Position numbers and translations under genes: made by a program. The notes beneath the pieces were generated by a model. It saw only the letters and a program-made list of their open reading frames with translations, ran no database searches and was not told the origin of the DNA. Positions 8,602 to 16,688 of a stretch of DNA of 46,705 bases are shown here, piece after piece. The stretch spans positions 1-46,705 of the IMG/VR virus record IMGVR_UViG_3300017646_000183, one strand, 5' to 3'. Numbering within the stretch: the first letter of the stretch is position 1; each line of letters begins with the position of its first letter. The stretch is from a virus. Taxonomy: Duplodnaviria; Caudoviricetes.

Positions 8602-9396
8602 TTACTTGCCGAGAAGACCGGTGATCCGGCCTTCCTTGGCTGCCTTGAGCCGCTCCTCGGGGCTGAGGGCGGCGAACTGCTCGCGCGTGAGCTGCGCAGC
8701 GGACCCCTCTCCGCCGTGATCCGACGAGCCCGAGGAAGCGGCCACCTGGACGCGCTTGAACTTCGAGTCGGATGCGACGGTGTCCTTCACGAGGGAGTCG
8801 ACAGCCGCGGCGAAGTCATCCGCCGACGGGTCGAGCGCCTCGAGCTTCGAGACGAAGGCGCGGGAGTCGAGCATCGCCGTGGTGTTGGCGCCGTGCTTGT
8901 CGGACACCTTCAGCACCGCGAGCTCACGGGCGGCCGCGGCCGAGGCCTGCTCGGCTGCCTGCTTCTCCGACTGCGCCTGAGCGATGAGAGCGGCAGCGTC
9001 CGGCTGCTCGTCCTCCTTGATCAGACCCAGCGCCTTGCCGAGCTTCTCGACGAGCGCCTTCTCCGCTGCCTCAGCAGCGTCCTTGGCGTCCTTCTCAGCT
9101 CGCGTTCGGTAGCCGGCGGCCTCCTTGCGGAGCTGCTCGACGTACTCACGGGAGAACGTCTCCGGCTTGTCCTCCGGCTTCGGATCCGCCGCGGGGTCCG
9201 CGGGCGGGTCCGTCGGCGCAGGATCGCCGGACGGCTGCGGCTCCTCGCCCGGCGCGGGGTCCTCCGAGGCGGGGGCGTTGCCGCCCTCGCCATCGCCGAA
9301 CCGGATGCCGCGGAGGTCATGGAGCGTCCGCCCGATCACCGCGAGCCCGTCAGGGCCACGGAGCGCGAGCGGAACGTGCGTCTCGATGGTGGACAT
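8602..9396 (-). CDS. Capsid scaffolding protein
   Basis: Pro/acidic N-region, YVEQLRKEAAGYR coiled coil, LTREQFAALSPEER end; directly upstream of the capsid gene. Confidence 0.88.
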   Translation of the reverse strand: MSTIETHVPLALRGPDGLAVIGRTLHDLRGIRFGDGEGGNAPASEDPAPGEEPQPSGDPAPTDPPADPAADPKPEDKPETFSREYVEQLRKEAAGYRTRAEKDAKDAAEAAEKALVEKLGKALGLIKEDEQPDAAALIAQAQSEKQAAEQASAAAARELAVLKVSDKHGANTTAMLDSRAFVSKLEALDPSADDFAAAVDSLVKDTVASDSKFKRVQVAASSGSSDHGGEGSAAQLTREQFAALSPEERLKAAKEGRITGLLGK

Positions 9397-9414
9397 GGGG
9401 GTATCTCCTTCGTC

Positions 9415-9459
9415 CGCTCCGGGCGGAATCGGTGGAAGAGCCGCGAGGCGCTCCGGGCG
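9415..9459 (-). promoter_or_regulatory. Two CGCCCGGAGCG hairpins in the scaffold gene leader
   Basis: Identical 11-mers at 9415-9425 and 9449-9459, each in a stem-loop next to the RBS. Confidence 0.55.
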
Positions 9460-9492
9460 CGCTCACGGGTGACCGCCAGACGGCGGTACGAC

Positions 9493-11058
9493 TTAGACGC
9501 CGGTGAAGGCGGCGGGGTCCGGCGCGGGACGACCGCGCTCGACCTGGATCTGCTGGACTTCACGCTCCACGCGGTCGTCATCCCAGTCGGGGTTCGCGCG
9601 GCGCACCTTCGTCTCCGTCGTGATCGCGGAGGCAGCGTCCAGCAGGTTGATGATCCGGACTTCCTTCTCGACGTCGACCTGCGACACGTCCGGCCACTCG
9701 GCGACGACCTCCACACCGGGGCGTCCGCCGCGGCCGGGGAAGATCAGACTGTCGAGCTCGAGACAGATCGACGCGATCTCTGTGCGCGCCCGAGTCGCGT
9801 AGCGGATCTTCTTGTCGCGAGTGCGCTCGGTGTCCGAACGGCGGTCACTGACCTCGGTCGCGGTCATGTCCTGCCCGGTCGCGTGCTCGCCGTAAGACGA
9901 CAGCGAGTATCCGGTGGCTTGCAGGATCTCCTTCTTGAGGTTGTACGCGGTCCGCTCGTGCTCATCGACGCGGATCTCGAACTGCTGCGCGGTGATCGAC
10001 GTCGCGTCCTTCGAAGTCGACAGGGCGTCGATCTGCGCGTACACCTCGCGGTACGGGTCAGCGGACATGCCCTTCCCGCGGCCCAGCGCCTGCATGTACT
10101 GGGTCGGGATGAAGATGCGAGACCGGCCGGCCTTCAGGTCGAGCATCCACGACGACCAGGTCTCATCGAACGCGTGGAACATCGGGACGACGCCCTCATA
10201 GTCGGAGCGTCCCCACGCTGCGAGCGGTCCTTTCCGTAGGCGCCGCTTCTTCCTGATGTTCGGCTCGTACACGGCCGTCAGGCGGTCGATGTGGGTCTCG
10301 ATGATCACGGTCAGGCCGCGGTCATCGACGAGCACTCCGGGTACCTCGGCGATTCCGCGGGTCTCCTCAAGGGTGCTCAGCGACACCTGGGTGCCGATCG
10401 TGTCGGAGTCCTTCGACACGTACAGTGCATGCAGGATCGCGCCAGGCACGTGATGCTCGACGTGGCGGTAGCACTTCTTGTCGCGGTCGTAGCGGGTCCA
10501 GAACGTGACCTCGGCGAGTGCGCCGTTGCGGAACACCGGCAGCGCGGAGTCTGCGTCGACGGCGCGGGGGAACACGTACTCGCGGGGACCGTTGACGTTC
10601 CAGTCGGCGACCCAATACGTGCCGCCGAGCGCCGCGGTGAGCTCCCCGGACTCCGCCTGGGCTTCGTGACCGTCGGCGGAGTTCCAGATGAGGTCGAGTC
10701 GCTGCTCCGTCGCCGACCGGGTCGACTTGTCGTCATCGCCGGCGACACCGTAGACCGGCGGTTCCGCGTTCAGGAGGTCGCTGGACAGGGTCGCGATGTT
10801 CGCGGCGATCGGGATGTGCAGCGCGGTGCGCTCCTCGCCGGAGACCAGCGGGCGGCCCCAGAACATGCGGGAAAAGAACCCGGCGATGCCGCCCTGGTAG
10901 CCGCGGCCGTCCTTGAAGTGCGAGGGCAGGCCACCGCCGGACGCGGCTCGGATCTGGTCCACGTCGCCCGAGTGCCAGGCGGCGTACTCGCGCATCTCCG
11001 CGAAGGCTGGCTTGTACGGCTTCGGCGGCCACTCGGTGCCCGGTGCGGGAAGCGGCAT
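9493..11058 (-). CDS. Portal protein (SPP1 gp6 / A118-like)
   Basis: MPLPAPGTEWPP, HIPIAANIATLSSDLL, GRSDY, TATEV motifs; follows the terminase. Confidence 0.92.
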   Translation of the reverse strand: MPLPAPGTEWPPKPYKPAFAEMREYAAWHSGDVDQIRAASGGGLPSHFKDGRGYQGGIAGFFSRMFWGRPLVSGEERTALHIPIAANIATLSSDLLNAEPPVYGVAGDDDKSTRSATEQRLDLIWNSADGHEAQAESGELTAALGGTYWVADWNVNGPREYVFPRAVDADSALPVFRNGALAEVTFWTRYDRDKKCYRHVEHHVPGAILHALYVSKDSDTIGTQVSLSTLEETRGIAEVPGVLVDDRGLTVIIETHIDRLTAVYEPNIRKKRRLRKGPLAAWGRSDYEGVVPMFHAFDETWSSWMLDLKAGRSRIFIPTQYMQALGRGKGMSADPYREVYAQIDALSTSKDATSITAQQFEIRVDEHERTAYNLKKEILQATGYSLSSYGEHATGQDMTATEVSDRRSDTERTRDKKIRYATRARTEIASICLELDSLIFPGRGGRPGVEVVAEWPDVSQVDVEKEVRIINLLDAASAITTETKVRRANPDWDDDRVEREVQQIQVERGRPAPDPAAFTGV

Positions 11059-11068
11059 AGCGACCCCC

Positions 11069-12367
11069 TCAGGCAGCGAGCTCGTATTCGTAGGTGCCAC
11101 GCGCGGTGTGCGTGATGTACCGGCCGGCGTCGAGACTGTGGTCGTCGGTCTTGATCGGCTGGTCGACGCCGTCCTCGGTGGCCTTCGGATCCCACTGGTA
11201 CTCAGTGACCTCGGCGTTCCACCCGGGCGTGCGTGTCGTCGTGTAGAACTGGTCCGACTGCAAGAGGCGGCTGATCGTAGAGATGCCGCCGAGCACGTCG
11301 TTGTCGCCAGCCCACGTGTAGATCCCGGCCTTCTGCAGTTCCTCCGCGAAGTGCGCGGCCGCGGGGTCGATCACGTTGTACTCGACGTCCGGCAAGTTCG
11401 GCTGCGGGGCATGGGAGCCGCCGAGCCACGTCTTGAACCGCTGAGCCTGCTCCGACGGCGCGAGCCGCACGTCGTGGTGGTCGGACGGGTCGTAGCGCCA
11501 CTCGTCGAGGAGCACCAGCCGCGGCTTGTCCTCAGCGGTCAGGCCGAGCATCAGCCCCGCCGACGCGTTCGACGTGCCGAAGTCGATCCCAGTGCCGATG
11601 ATCCGGCGGAACTTCGGCAGCCGCTCCCAGTCCAGGACGTGCTTCGCCGGATCCCACATCGGATAGACGGCGCCGGCCGCGTTCGTCCACAGGCCCTTGA
11701 TCATCCGGTCGTAGAACACGCCCGCGTACGCGCGCTCCTGCATCGCCACGTACGACGGCTCGAGGGTCGGATTGTCGGCCATGGTGAAGTGGAACGGGAT
11801 CAGGTCGAGCTCGTCCGCCTTCAAGATCCACTTCTTGTTGATGTAGTGATTCACCGACGCCGGGTTCATCGTCGCCAGCAGGCGAGCGCCCGGGACGCGC
11901 AGACGCGTCATGAGCATGTTCCAGAACTCCTCCGGCAGCAGCGTCGCCTCATCGACGTACGCCAGCGCCACCGTCTTGCCCTGGATATTCCCGACCGACT
12001 TCCGGTCGTTCGCGCCGATCAGCAGCACCTCGCGGCCGAAGATCGACGCCGACGTCGCGCCAGGCGTGTACACCACCTGGCTCGCGATCCGATCCCCGAA
12101 AATGTCGCGGTCCTGCAGGAGCGTGAACAGGTTCGCGTAGATCGTCGCGATGGTCTTCCCCACGACGATGATCAGGCCCTTATGCGGTGCCCGCCGGACC
12201 GCGAACAGGAACGCGATCGCCGACGCCACCGTCTTCCCAGCCGACACAGATCCGTACCACAGCGCATGCTTGCACCGAGCCGAATCCACGATCGACAGAA
12301 GCTGCTTCCGTGAAACCTTCGACAGCAGATGCTCGAACGCGACGTCATCAAGCGTCGCCGCCGGCAT
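11069..12367 (-). CDS. Terminase large subunit (PBSX-like)
   Basis: GSVSAGKT Walker A, YVDE Walker B, TMNP, GIDFGTSN, DHSLDAGRY nuclease motifs. Confidence 0.95.
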   Translation of the reverse strand: MPAATLDDVAFEHLLSKVSRKQLLSIVDSARCKHALWYGSVSAGKTVASAIAFLFAVRRAPHKGLIIVVGKTIATIYANLFTLLQDRDIFGDRIASQVVYTPGATSASIFGREVLLIGANDRKSVGNIQGKTVALAYVDEATLLPEEFWNMLMTRLRVPGARLLATMNPASVNHYINKKWILKADELDLIPFHFTMADNPTLEPSYVAMQERAYAGVFYDRMIKGLWTNAAGAVYPMWDPAKHVLDWERLPKFRRIIGTGIDFGTSNASAGLMLGLTAEDKPRLVLLDEWRYDPSDHHDVRLAPSEQAQRFKTWLGGSHAPQPNLPDVEYNVIDPAAAHFAEELQKAGIYTWAGDNDVLGGISTISRLLQSDQFYTTTRTPGWNAEVTEYQWDPKATEDGVDQPIKTDDHSLDAGRYITHTARGTYEYELAA

Positions 12368-12872
12368 CGGCCTCCTCCGCCCGCAGACGAGACGCCGCCG
12401 CCTCGAACGCCGAAGCCGCCGCATCGAGAATGCCCTCCGCCACCTCGAGACCCGGATTCGCCTTGTCGAGGATCTTCGACGCCTTGTCGAACGCGATCGC
12501 CGCAGTCGTCACCATGGACCGCACCGCATCGACCGGCGGTCGCGGCATCCGATGCTCGCTGTACGTGTTGTCCTTGCCGCCGAAGTTGAACGCCAAGAAC
12601 GGCCGCTCCGTCGCATCGAGCTGGTCATGCCCGATCTGCAACATCTTCTGCGCGAGCAACTGCCTCGACTCGAGCAGGTCGATCGACCGAGCCCGCGTAG
12701 CCAGGTCCGTCTGCGCCCGGTCGAACACGAGGCCGAGATCCCTCGCGTACTTCGAGATCGTCGCCGGCGAGAACCCGAGGTCATCCGCGATCTGCCGGCA
12801 CGACCGACCCGCGGCGTGGAGCTCTCGCAGCCGGGCGCGGTTTTCATCGCTGAACGTTCTCGCTGCGGCCAT
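12348..12872 (-). CDS. Terminase small subunit with N-terminal HTH
   Basis: GRSCRQIADDLGFSPATISKYA; overlaps the large-subunit start. Confidence 0.8.
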   Translation of the reverse strand: MAAARTFSDENRARLRELHAAGRSCRQIADDLGFSPATISKYARDLGLVFDRAQTDLATRARSIDLLESRQLLAQKMLQIGHDQLDATERPFLAFNFGGKDNTYSEHRMPRPPVDAVRSMVTTAAIAFDKASKILDKANPGLEVAEGILDAAASAFEAAASRLRAEEADAGGDA

Positions 12873-12909
12873 GTCGATCACCTCTGGGGGGAGTTCGAGC
12901 CTCCGGGAC

Positions 12910-13170
12910 TCAGGAACTGGGGTTGCTCGGTTGAGCGTGTGTGATTTCGGTGCCGGGTTCGATGCCGAGCTCGTGTTCGAGTTCGGTGACTCGGGTCTTC
13001 CAGGTTTGGTGGCCTTCGCGGAGTCCGTTGATGCGGGTGCTGAGGTCTTGGCCGCGTGGTGTGGTGCGGCGGTCGTCGTCGGTCATGTGCTCGTACTCGT
13101 CGAGTTGGACCATGAACTGGGCGAGGAGCATGCGTGCGGTGGTGAGTTGGGCTTCGAGAGTGCGAGCCAC
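12910..13170 (-). CDS. Hypothetical coiled-coil protein
   Basis: ORF with AGAAAGAAG RBS before GTG. Confidence 0.55.
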   Translation of the reverse strand: MARTLEAQLTTARMLLAQFMVQLDEYEHMTDDDRRTTPRGQDLSTRINGLREGHQTWKTRVTELEHELGIEPGTEITHAQPSNPSS

Positions 13171-13288
13171 TGGGGGCTTCTTTCTGTCGGTGGGGGGAGG
13201 GGGGCGTGCCCGAGCCGGGTCGTGAGAAACCGGCTCGGACACGCCGGGGAGTGCCTACCTCCGACTTGGGTCGGGATCAGCGCTCGGT

Positions 13289-13711
13289 CTATTCGTCGGC
13301 GCCGTACGCGGCGTCTCGGGCACGCTTGAGGGTGCGGATCAGGTGGTTGATCTGATGGCGGGTCAGCGGCTCAGTGAAGAACCGGGCGAACGCCTCAAGG
13401 TCCTCGGGGTACGCGGCGACGTGGTCGATGCGGTGCCGCATGTCGGTGGGGTTGAGGATGATCTCGACCTGGACGGCGCCAGACGGATCCTCGCCTGGGG
13501 GGAGCGACAGGCCGTCGAGCGGTCGTTGCCAGACGACGTCGAGTCTCGGCTTGTTGTTGAACTCGACGAGGGACTTGTCGAGTTGGTCGGCGGCGATCAT
13601 CGAGTGGGCTTCGTGGTCTGGGACTTCGTAGGTCCAGCCCGGGCGGTCGTCGGTATCGGTGACCGTGATGGTCGCGAAGCCGCGGCCGTGGTGGACAGTC
13701 TCTCGAGGCAT
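13289..13711 (-). CDS. Hypothetical protein
   Basis: MPRETVHHG...INHLIRTLKRARDAAYGADE; GAAAGGGG RBS. Confidence 0.7.
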   Translation of the reverse strand: MPRETVHHGRGFATITVTDTDDRPGWTYEVPDHEAHSMIAADQLDKSLVEFNNKPRLDVVWQRPLDGLSLPPGEDPSGAVQVEIILNPTDMRHRIDHVAAYPEDLEAFARFFTEPLTRHQINHLIRTLKRARDAAYGADE

Positions 13712-13785
13712 GGTTGCCCCTTTCGGCTCAGCCCCGTCGCGGGGCCTTCCCCGCATCGCGCGGGGGAGCTGGTTCGACTCGAAGG

Positions 13786-13911
13786 TCAAAGCGTGTGGTT
13801 GTCGGCACGCTCAGCGATGAGCGCCCACACCTTCGCCTTCGTCTCCTCGTCGAGGGAGTCGATGATCAGGTAGCCGAATGCTTCCGCGGGCGACAGGTCG
13901 TCAGTCGTCAT
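13786..13911 (-). CDS. Small hypothetical protein (41 aa)
   Basis: MTTDDLSPAEAFGYLII...; overlaps the upstream stop. Confidence 0.5.
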   Translation of the reverse strand: MTTDDLSPAEAFGYLIIDSLDEETKAKVWALIAERADNHTL

Positions 13912-14161
13912 CGTCGTCCTCGACAATCGCGGCGCCGTACCAAGCGCGCACATCCTCGAACAGGGCTGTGGCGAGGCCGAGGGTCGTGATCGTGCTCTGC
14001 GTGTCCGGAATCTCCCACCGGGAGTTCGAGAAGCCGCCGTCGATGCCCTCGACGGAGCGGCCGTCCATCTTGAGGACGTAGCCGGTGAGGAGCGCGCCGG
14101 ACTCGTCCTGGAAGTGAGCGGCGATCGCGTCATCCAGCGCAGCCTTCGTCTCAGCGCTCAC
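13901..14161 (-). CDS. Hypothetical protein
   Basis: AAGGAGG RBS; acidic 86-aa ORF. Confidence 0.7.
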   Translation of the reverse strand: MSAETKAALDDAIAAHFQDESGALLTGYVLKMDGRSVEGIDGGFSNSRWEIPDTQSTITTLGLATALFEDVRAWYGAAIVEDDDDD

Positions 14162-14227
14162 GGATCCTCCTTGCCCGGAAGAGCACGCGTTGTGTCGGCG
14201 AGTGTGAGCTAACGATTGAGAAGTCGG

Positions 14228-15025
14228 TCAGCGGACGCGGCGGCGGAACTGTGCCGTACCGCGCAGAAGCGTCGACCGGTTCCATCCGAGACAGTGCGAG
14301 CAGCGGTACAGGGTGTACGAGCGGACGAACGCGCGAGCGGGCTTCGCCCACCGCATCTCCTCGGTCACCACAGTTCCGCAGAATGCGCAGCGGTGACCCT
14401 CACCGTCGTCGATGAGCATGCCCATGTGCGGCTGATCCACAAGCCAGGGGAGGAGTTCGAGGTAGAGCTGCTCGGTGAGGACGACGTCTTTCGCGTTGTA
14501 CGCACGCATCCGGTCCCACGCCTTCGCGTCGCCAGCCATGCACGCGAACCAGAGGTCGATATCGGTCTTGTCCTTCGACGCGTTCAGCACCCGGCCGGCG
14601 AGGTAGTCCAGGCGTCGATAGGGGAGATCGAACTGGGCGCGGTTCGACTTGATCAGGTCCACGTGCTTGAACGGTGCCGGCGGGCCGAGGCGGTAGTCGC
14701 GGAACGCGTCCTGCAATCGGGGGACGTCGAACTTGAATCCGTTGTACGTGACGATCACGTCCGCGTCGGACAGCAGAGTCCACGCTTGCCGGATCATCGC
14801 CTCGTGGCCGTCACGCTCATCCACGATGAGCGGAGTCTTCTCATGCAGCCACTTGAACGCGAACGAGAGGATCCGGGATGGCTGGATCATCTTCTCCGGA
14901 CCCAGGAACCGGGGTGTGACGTCGAACGACCACATCTGATGCGGGGTCGTCTCAATGTCGATCGTGCCGATCTTGACCGTCGACGCCGCCGGCGAGAGCT
15001 GCGCGGCGGTCTGCCTCAGCGACAC
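14228..15025 (-). CDS. DEDD/DnaQ-like (RNase H-like, YprB-type) 3'-5' exonuclease with C-terminal Zn ribbon
   Basis: DIET (ExoI), YNGFKFD (ExoII), YNAKDV (ExoIII); CAFC...CSHC. Confidence 0.88.
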   Translation of the reverse strand: MSLRQTAAQLSPAASTVKIGTIDIETTPHQMWSFDVTPRFLGPEKMIQPSRILSFAFKWLHEKTPLIVDERDGHEAMIRQAWTLLSDADVIVTYNGFKFDVPRLQDAFRDYRLGPPAPFKHVDLIKSNRAQFDLPYRRLDYLAGRVLNASKDKTDIDLWFACMAGDAKAWDRMRAYNAKDVVLTEQLYLELLPWLVDQPHMGMLIDDGEGHRCAFCGTVVTEEMRWAKPARAFVRSYTLYRCSHCLGWNRSTLLRGTAQFRRRVR

Positions 15026-15249
15026 GAGCAGATGCCTCGGCGGTGCCGCTGCAGAGTGATCGCGGAGATCTGGTGGCCGTCCTGCTTGAGCACGGCCGCG
15101 ATCCAGGTCGACTGACGGCGCTTGTCGTTGAGCACCTCGTCGAGCCACGCGACGTCGTCCCCGGTGAGTTCCTCGCGAAGCTGCAGCACGCCACACCGGG
15201 GGCCCGACGATGCCTGCTCGATCACCGCAGCGTTCTGTCGGAGCGACAT
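15016..15249 (-). CDS. Small HTH-like protein ending HRRGICSC
   Basis: GAGGAGG RBS; IAAVLKQDGHQISAITLQRHRRGICSCR. Confidence 0.7.
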   Translation of the reverse strand: MSLRQNAAVIEQASSGPRCGVLQLREELTGDDVAWLDEVLNDKRRQSTWIAAVLKQDGHQISAITLQRHRRGICSCR

Positions 15250-15439
15250 GGGAGCCTCCTCGAGGTGTGCGGGCGCGCGCACATTGGAGAACGTGCGCGG
15301 TCGCGCACACGAGGTTCCGGTTCACTCAGGTCCATGGCCGCTCGTAGGCGGCGTTGATTGTCGGCCGGTGACCGGAAGCTGCGACGGGCACGGCTGGGCA
15401 TTCCCTGCCTTCACGACGCGAAGCGCCGCCCGTCGTCCG

Positions 15440-15513
15440 TTACGCGGGCCGGATTCGAACCGGCGACCTCCGGGATATGAGCCCGGCGAGCTACCAAGCT
15501 GCTCTACCGCGTG
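15440..15513 (-). tRNA. tRNA-Met(CAT), initiator (fMet) type; CCA not encoded
   Basis: Full cloverleaf: CACGCGG/CCGCGTA acceptor with C1:A72 mismatch, A11:U24, CCGGG-CTCATAT-CCCGG anticodon arm, GCCGG-TTCGAAT-CCGGC T arm. Confidence 0.93.
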
Positions 15514-15730
15514 TCGTTGCCCCGATATCTGCCGTCGTGGCTCGCGTGTGTTCGGTAGACGTTCGCGCGGGGAACGCCCCGGTCACCCGCCCCCGCAAGC
15601 GGTCGGGCGAGGAGTCAAAGTCTGGGGAAACAGCAACGCCCCCGACCGGGATTCCGGTGCGAGGGCGTAGTGGACCAGAACGAAACTACCCGCACTACCC
15701 CAGCGGGTGGGGGAGTCAGCCTGTGAATCC

Positions 15731-15970
15731 TCACAGGTTCGGTGTCGCGCGCGCCGACCGTGCTTCGACTTTGAGGACCTGGCGGCCGGGGACGATGATC
15801 TTGCCGTTCTTCGCCTTCTGCGATGGGAGCAGGCCGGCGTCGATCCAGCGGCGAATGGATGAGTCGGAGCTGCGGCCCAAGAGGATCGCGGCGGCGGAGA
15901 CCGTGATCCACGCTTCGTCGCCGATCATCACGACGTCGTCGTGCCGGAGGGTTTTCCGTCGATAGCCCAC
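15731..15970 (-). CDS. HTH DNA-binding protein (excisionase/MerR-like); candidate late-gene regulator
   Basis: WITVSAAAILLGRSSDSSIRRWIDAGLL; AAGGGAGG RBS. Confidence 0.75.
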   Translation of the reverse strand: MGYRRKTLRHDDVVMIGDEAWITVSAAAILLGRSSDSSIRRWIDAGLLPSQKAKNGKIIVPGRQVLKVEARSARATPNL

Positions 15971-16126
15971 GCTGCCTCCCTTGCGGACACAACAGCGTCG
16001 CACGGGACTAGGACATTGAGGGGGAGCCCCTCGGGTATCCGGCGTCGGACAATCCTGCTCGCGTGCGAGTGCGCCGGCGGACCCGCGACTAGACGGCCGC
16101 CCCTGATCCTCGGTAGCGTGCGCCGC

Positions 16127-16687
16127 GTGGGGATTTCCTGTCTGACGCTGACGGTGAGCGTGCTCGCCCTCCTCGTCTCCGCCATGACCGCGTGGGTCGC
16201 GCTGCAAACCCACCGGGACCAGAGCATGCGCGCTCGGCGCGAGTTCGGAGCCCGCCTCGATGCGTTCTCTCTCTGGTACGCGCAGCGGCTGATGGCGAAG
16301 GAGCGCGACCCCGGTCCAACGGATGCGTTCATTCCCGAGCTTGTGACCCTCGGGCGAGACGCCCAGCGGCTCGGCCAGCCGAACGCCGCTGAACTGATCG
16401 ACTGGAGCGGACGAGTGCTCAACCGCACACGATCGCGCGCACGATCTGGCAAGCGGATAACGGCCCTTCACGACTCCATGCTTATCGCCAACGTCGTCTC
16501 GGCGTGGGTGCGCAAGCCACTCAGTTTCCCGAAGGTCAGCACGTGGGAGCTTGAGGAGCACGCTGCGAAGGTCTGGGGAGGCGAGAAGGTCGTTGACCGG
16601 CCGTCAGAGTTTCCTCACGGCGGTCAGGGACGCGACGATCGACGGAGCCGGCGCCGGGGCCGCCTTCGACTTCGGCGGAGCAAGTAA
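16127..16687 (+). CDS. Counter-oriented membrane-anchored protein (moron-like)
   Basis: N-terminal TM helix LTLTVSVLALLVSAMTAWVAL; TAGCGT -10 box 7 nt before GTG (leaderless). Confidence 0.7.
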   Translation: MGISCLTLTVSVLALLVSAMTAWVALQTHRDQSMRARREFGARLDAFSLWYAQRLMAKERDPGPTDAFIPELVTLGRDAQRLGQPNAAELIDWSGRVLNRTRSRARSGKRITALHDSMLIANVVSAWVRKPLSFPKVSTWELEEHAAKVWGGEKVVDRPSEFPHGGQGRDDRRSRRRGRLRLRRSK

Positions 16688-16688
16688 C

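Noticed and set aside
7291-10239. 982-aa plus-strand ORF
   Set aside because: Antisense to capsid, scaffold and portal genes; no recognisable domain
15380-15439. Theta/HDV-like ribozyme in the tRNA 3' trailer
   Set aside because: Could not build the nested double pseudoknot (P1 incomplete, L3 too short); a plain three-way junction fits better
15440-15513. tRNA as an attachment site
   Set aside because: It is internal to the phage with phage genes on both sides, no duplicate 3' fragment was seen, and the integrase is a serine type
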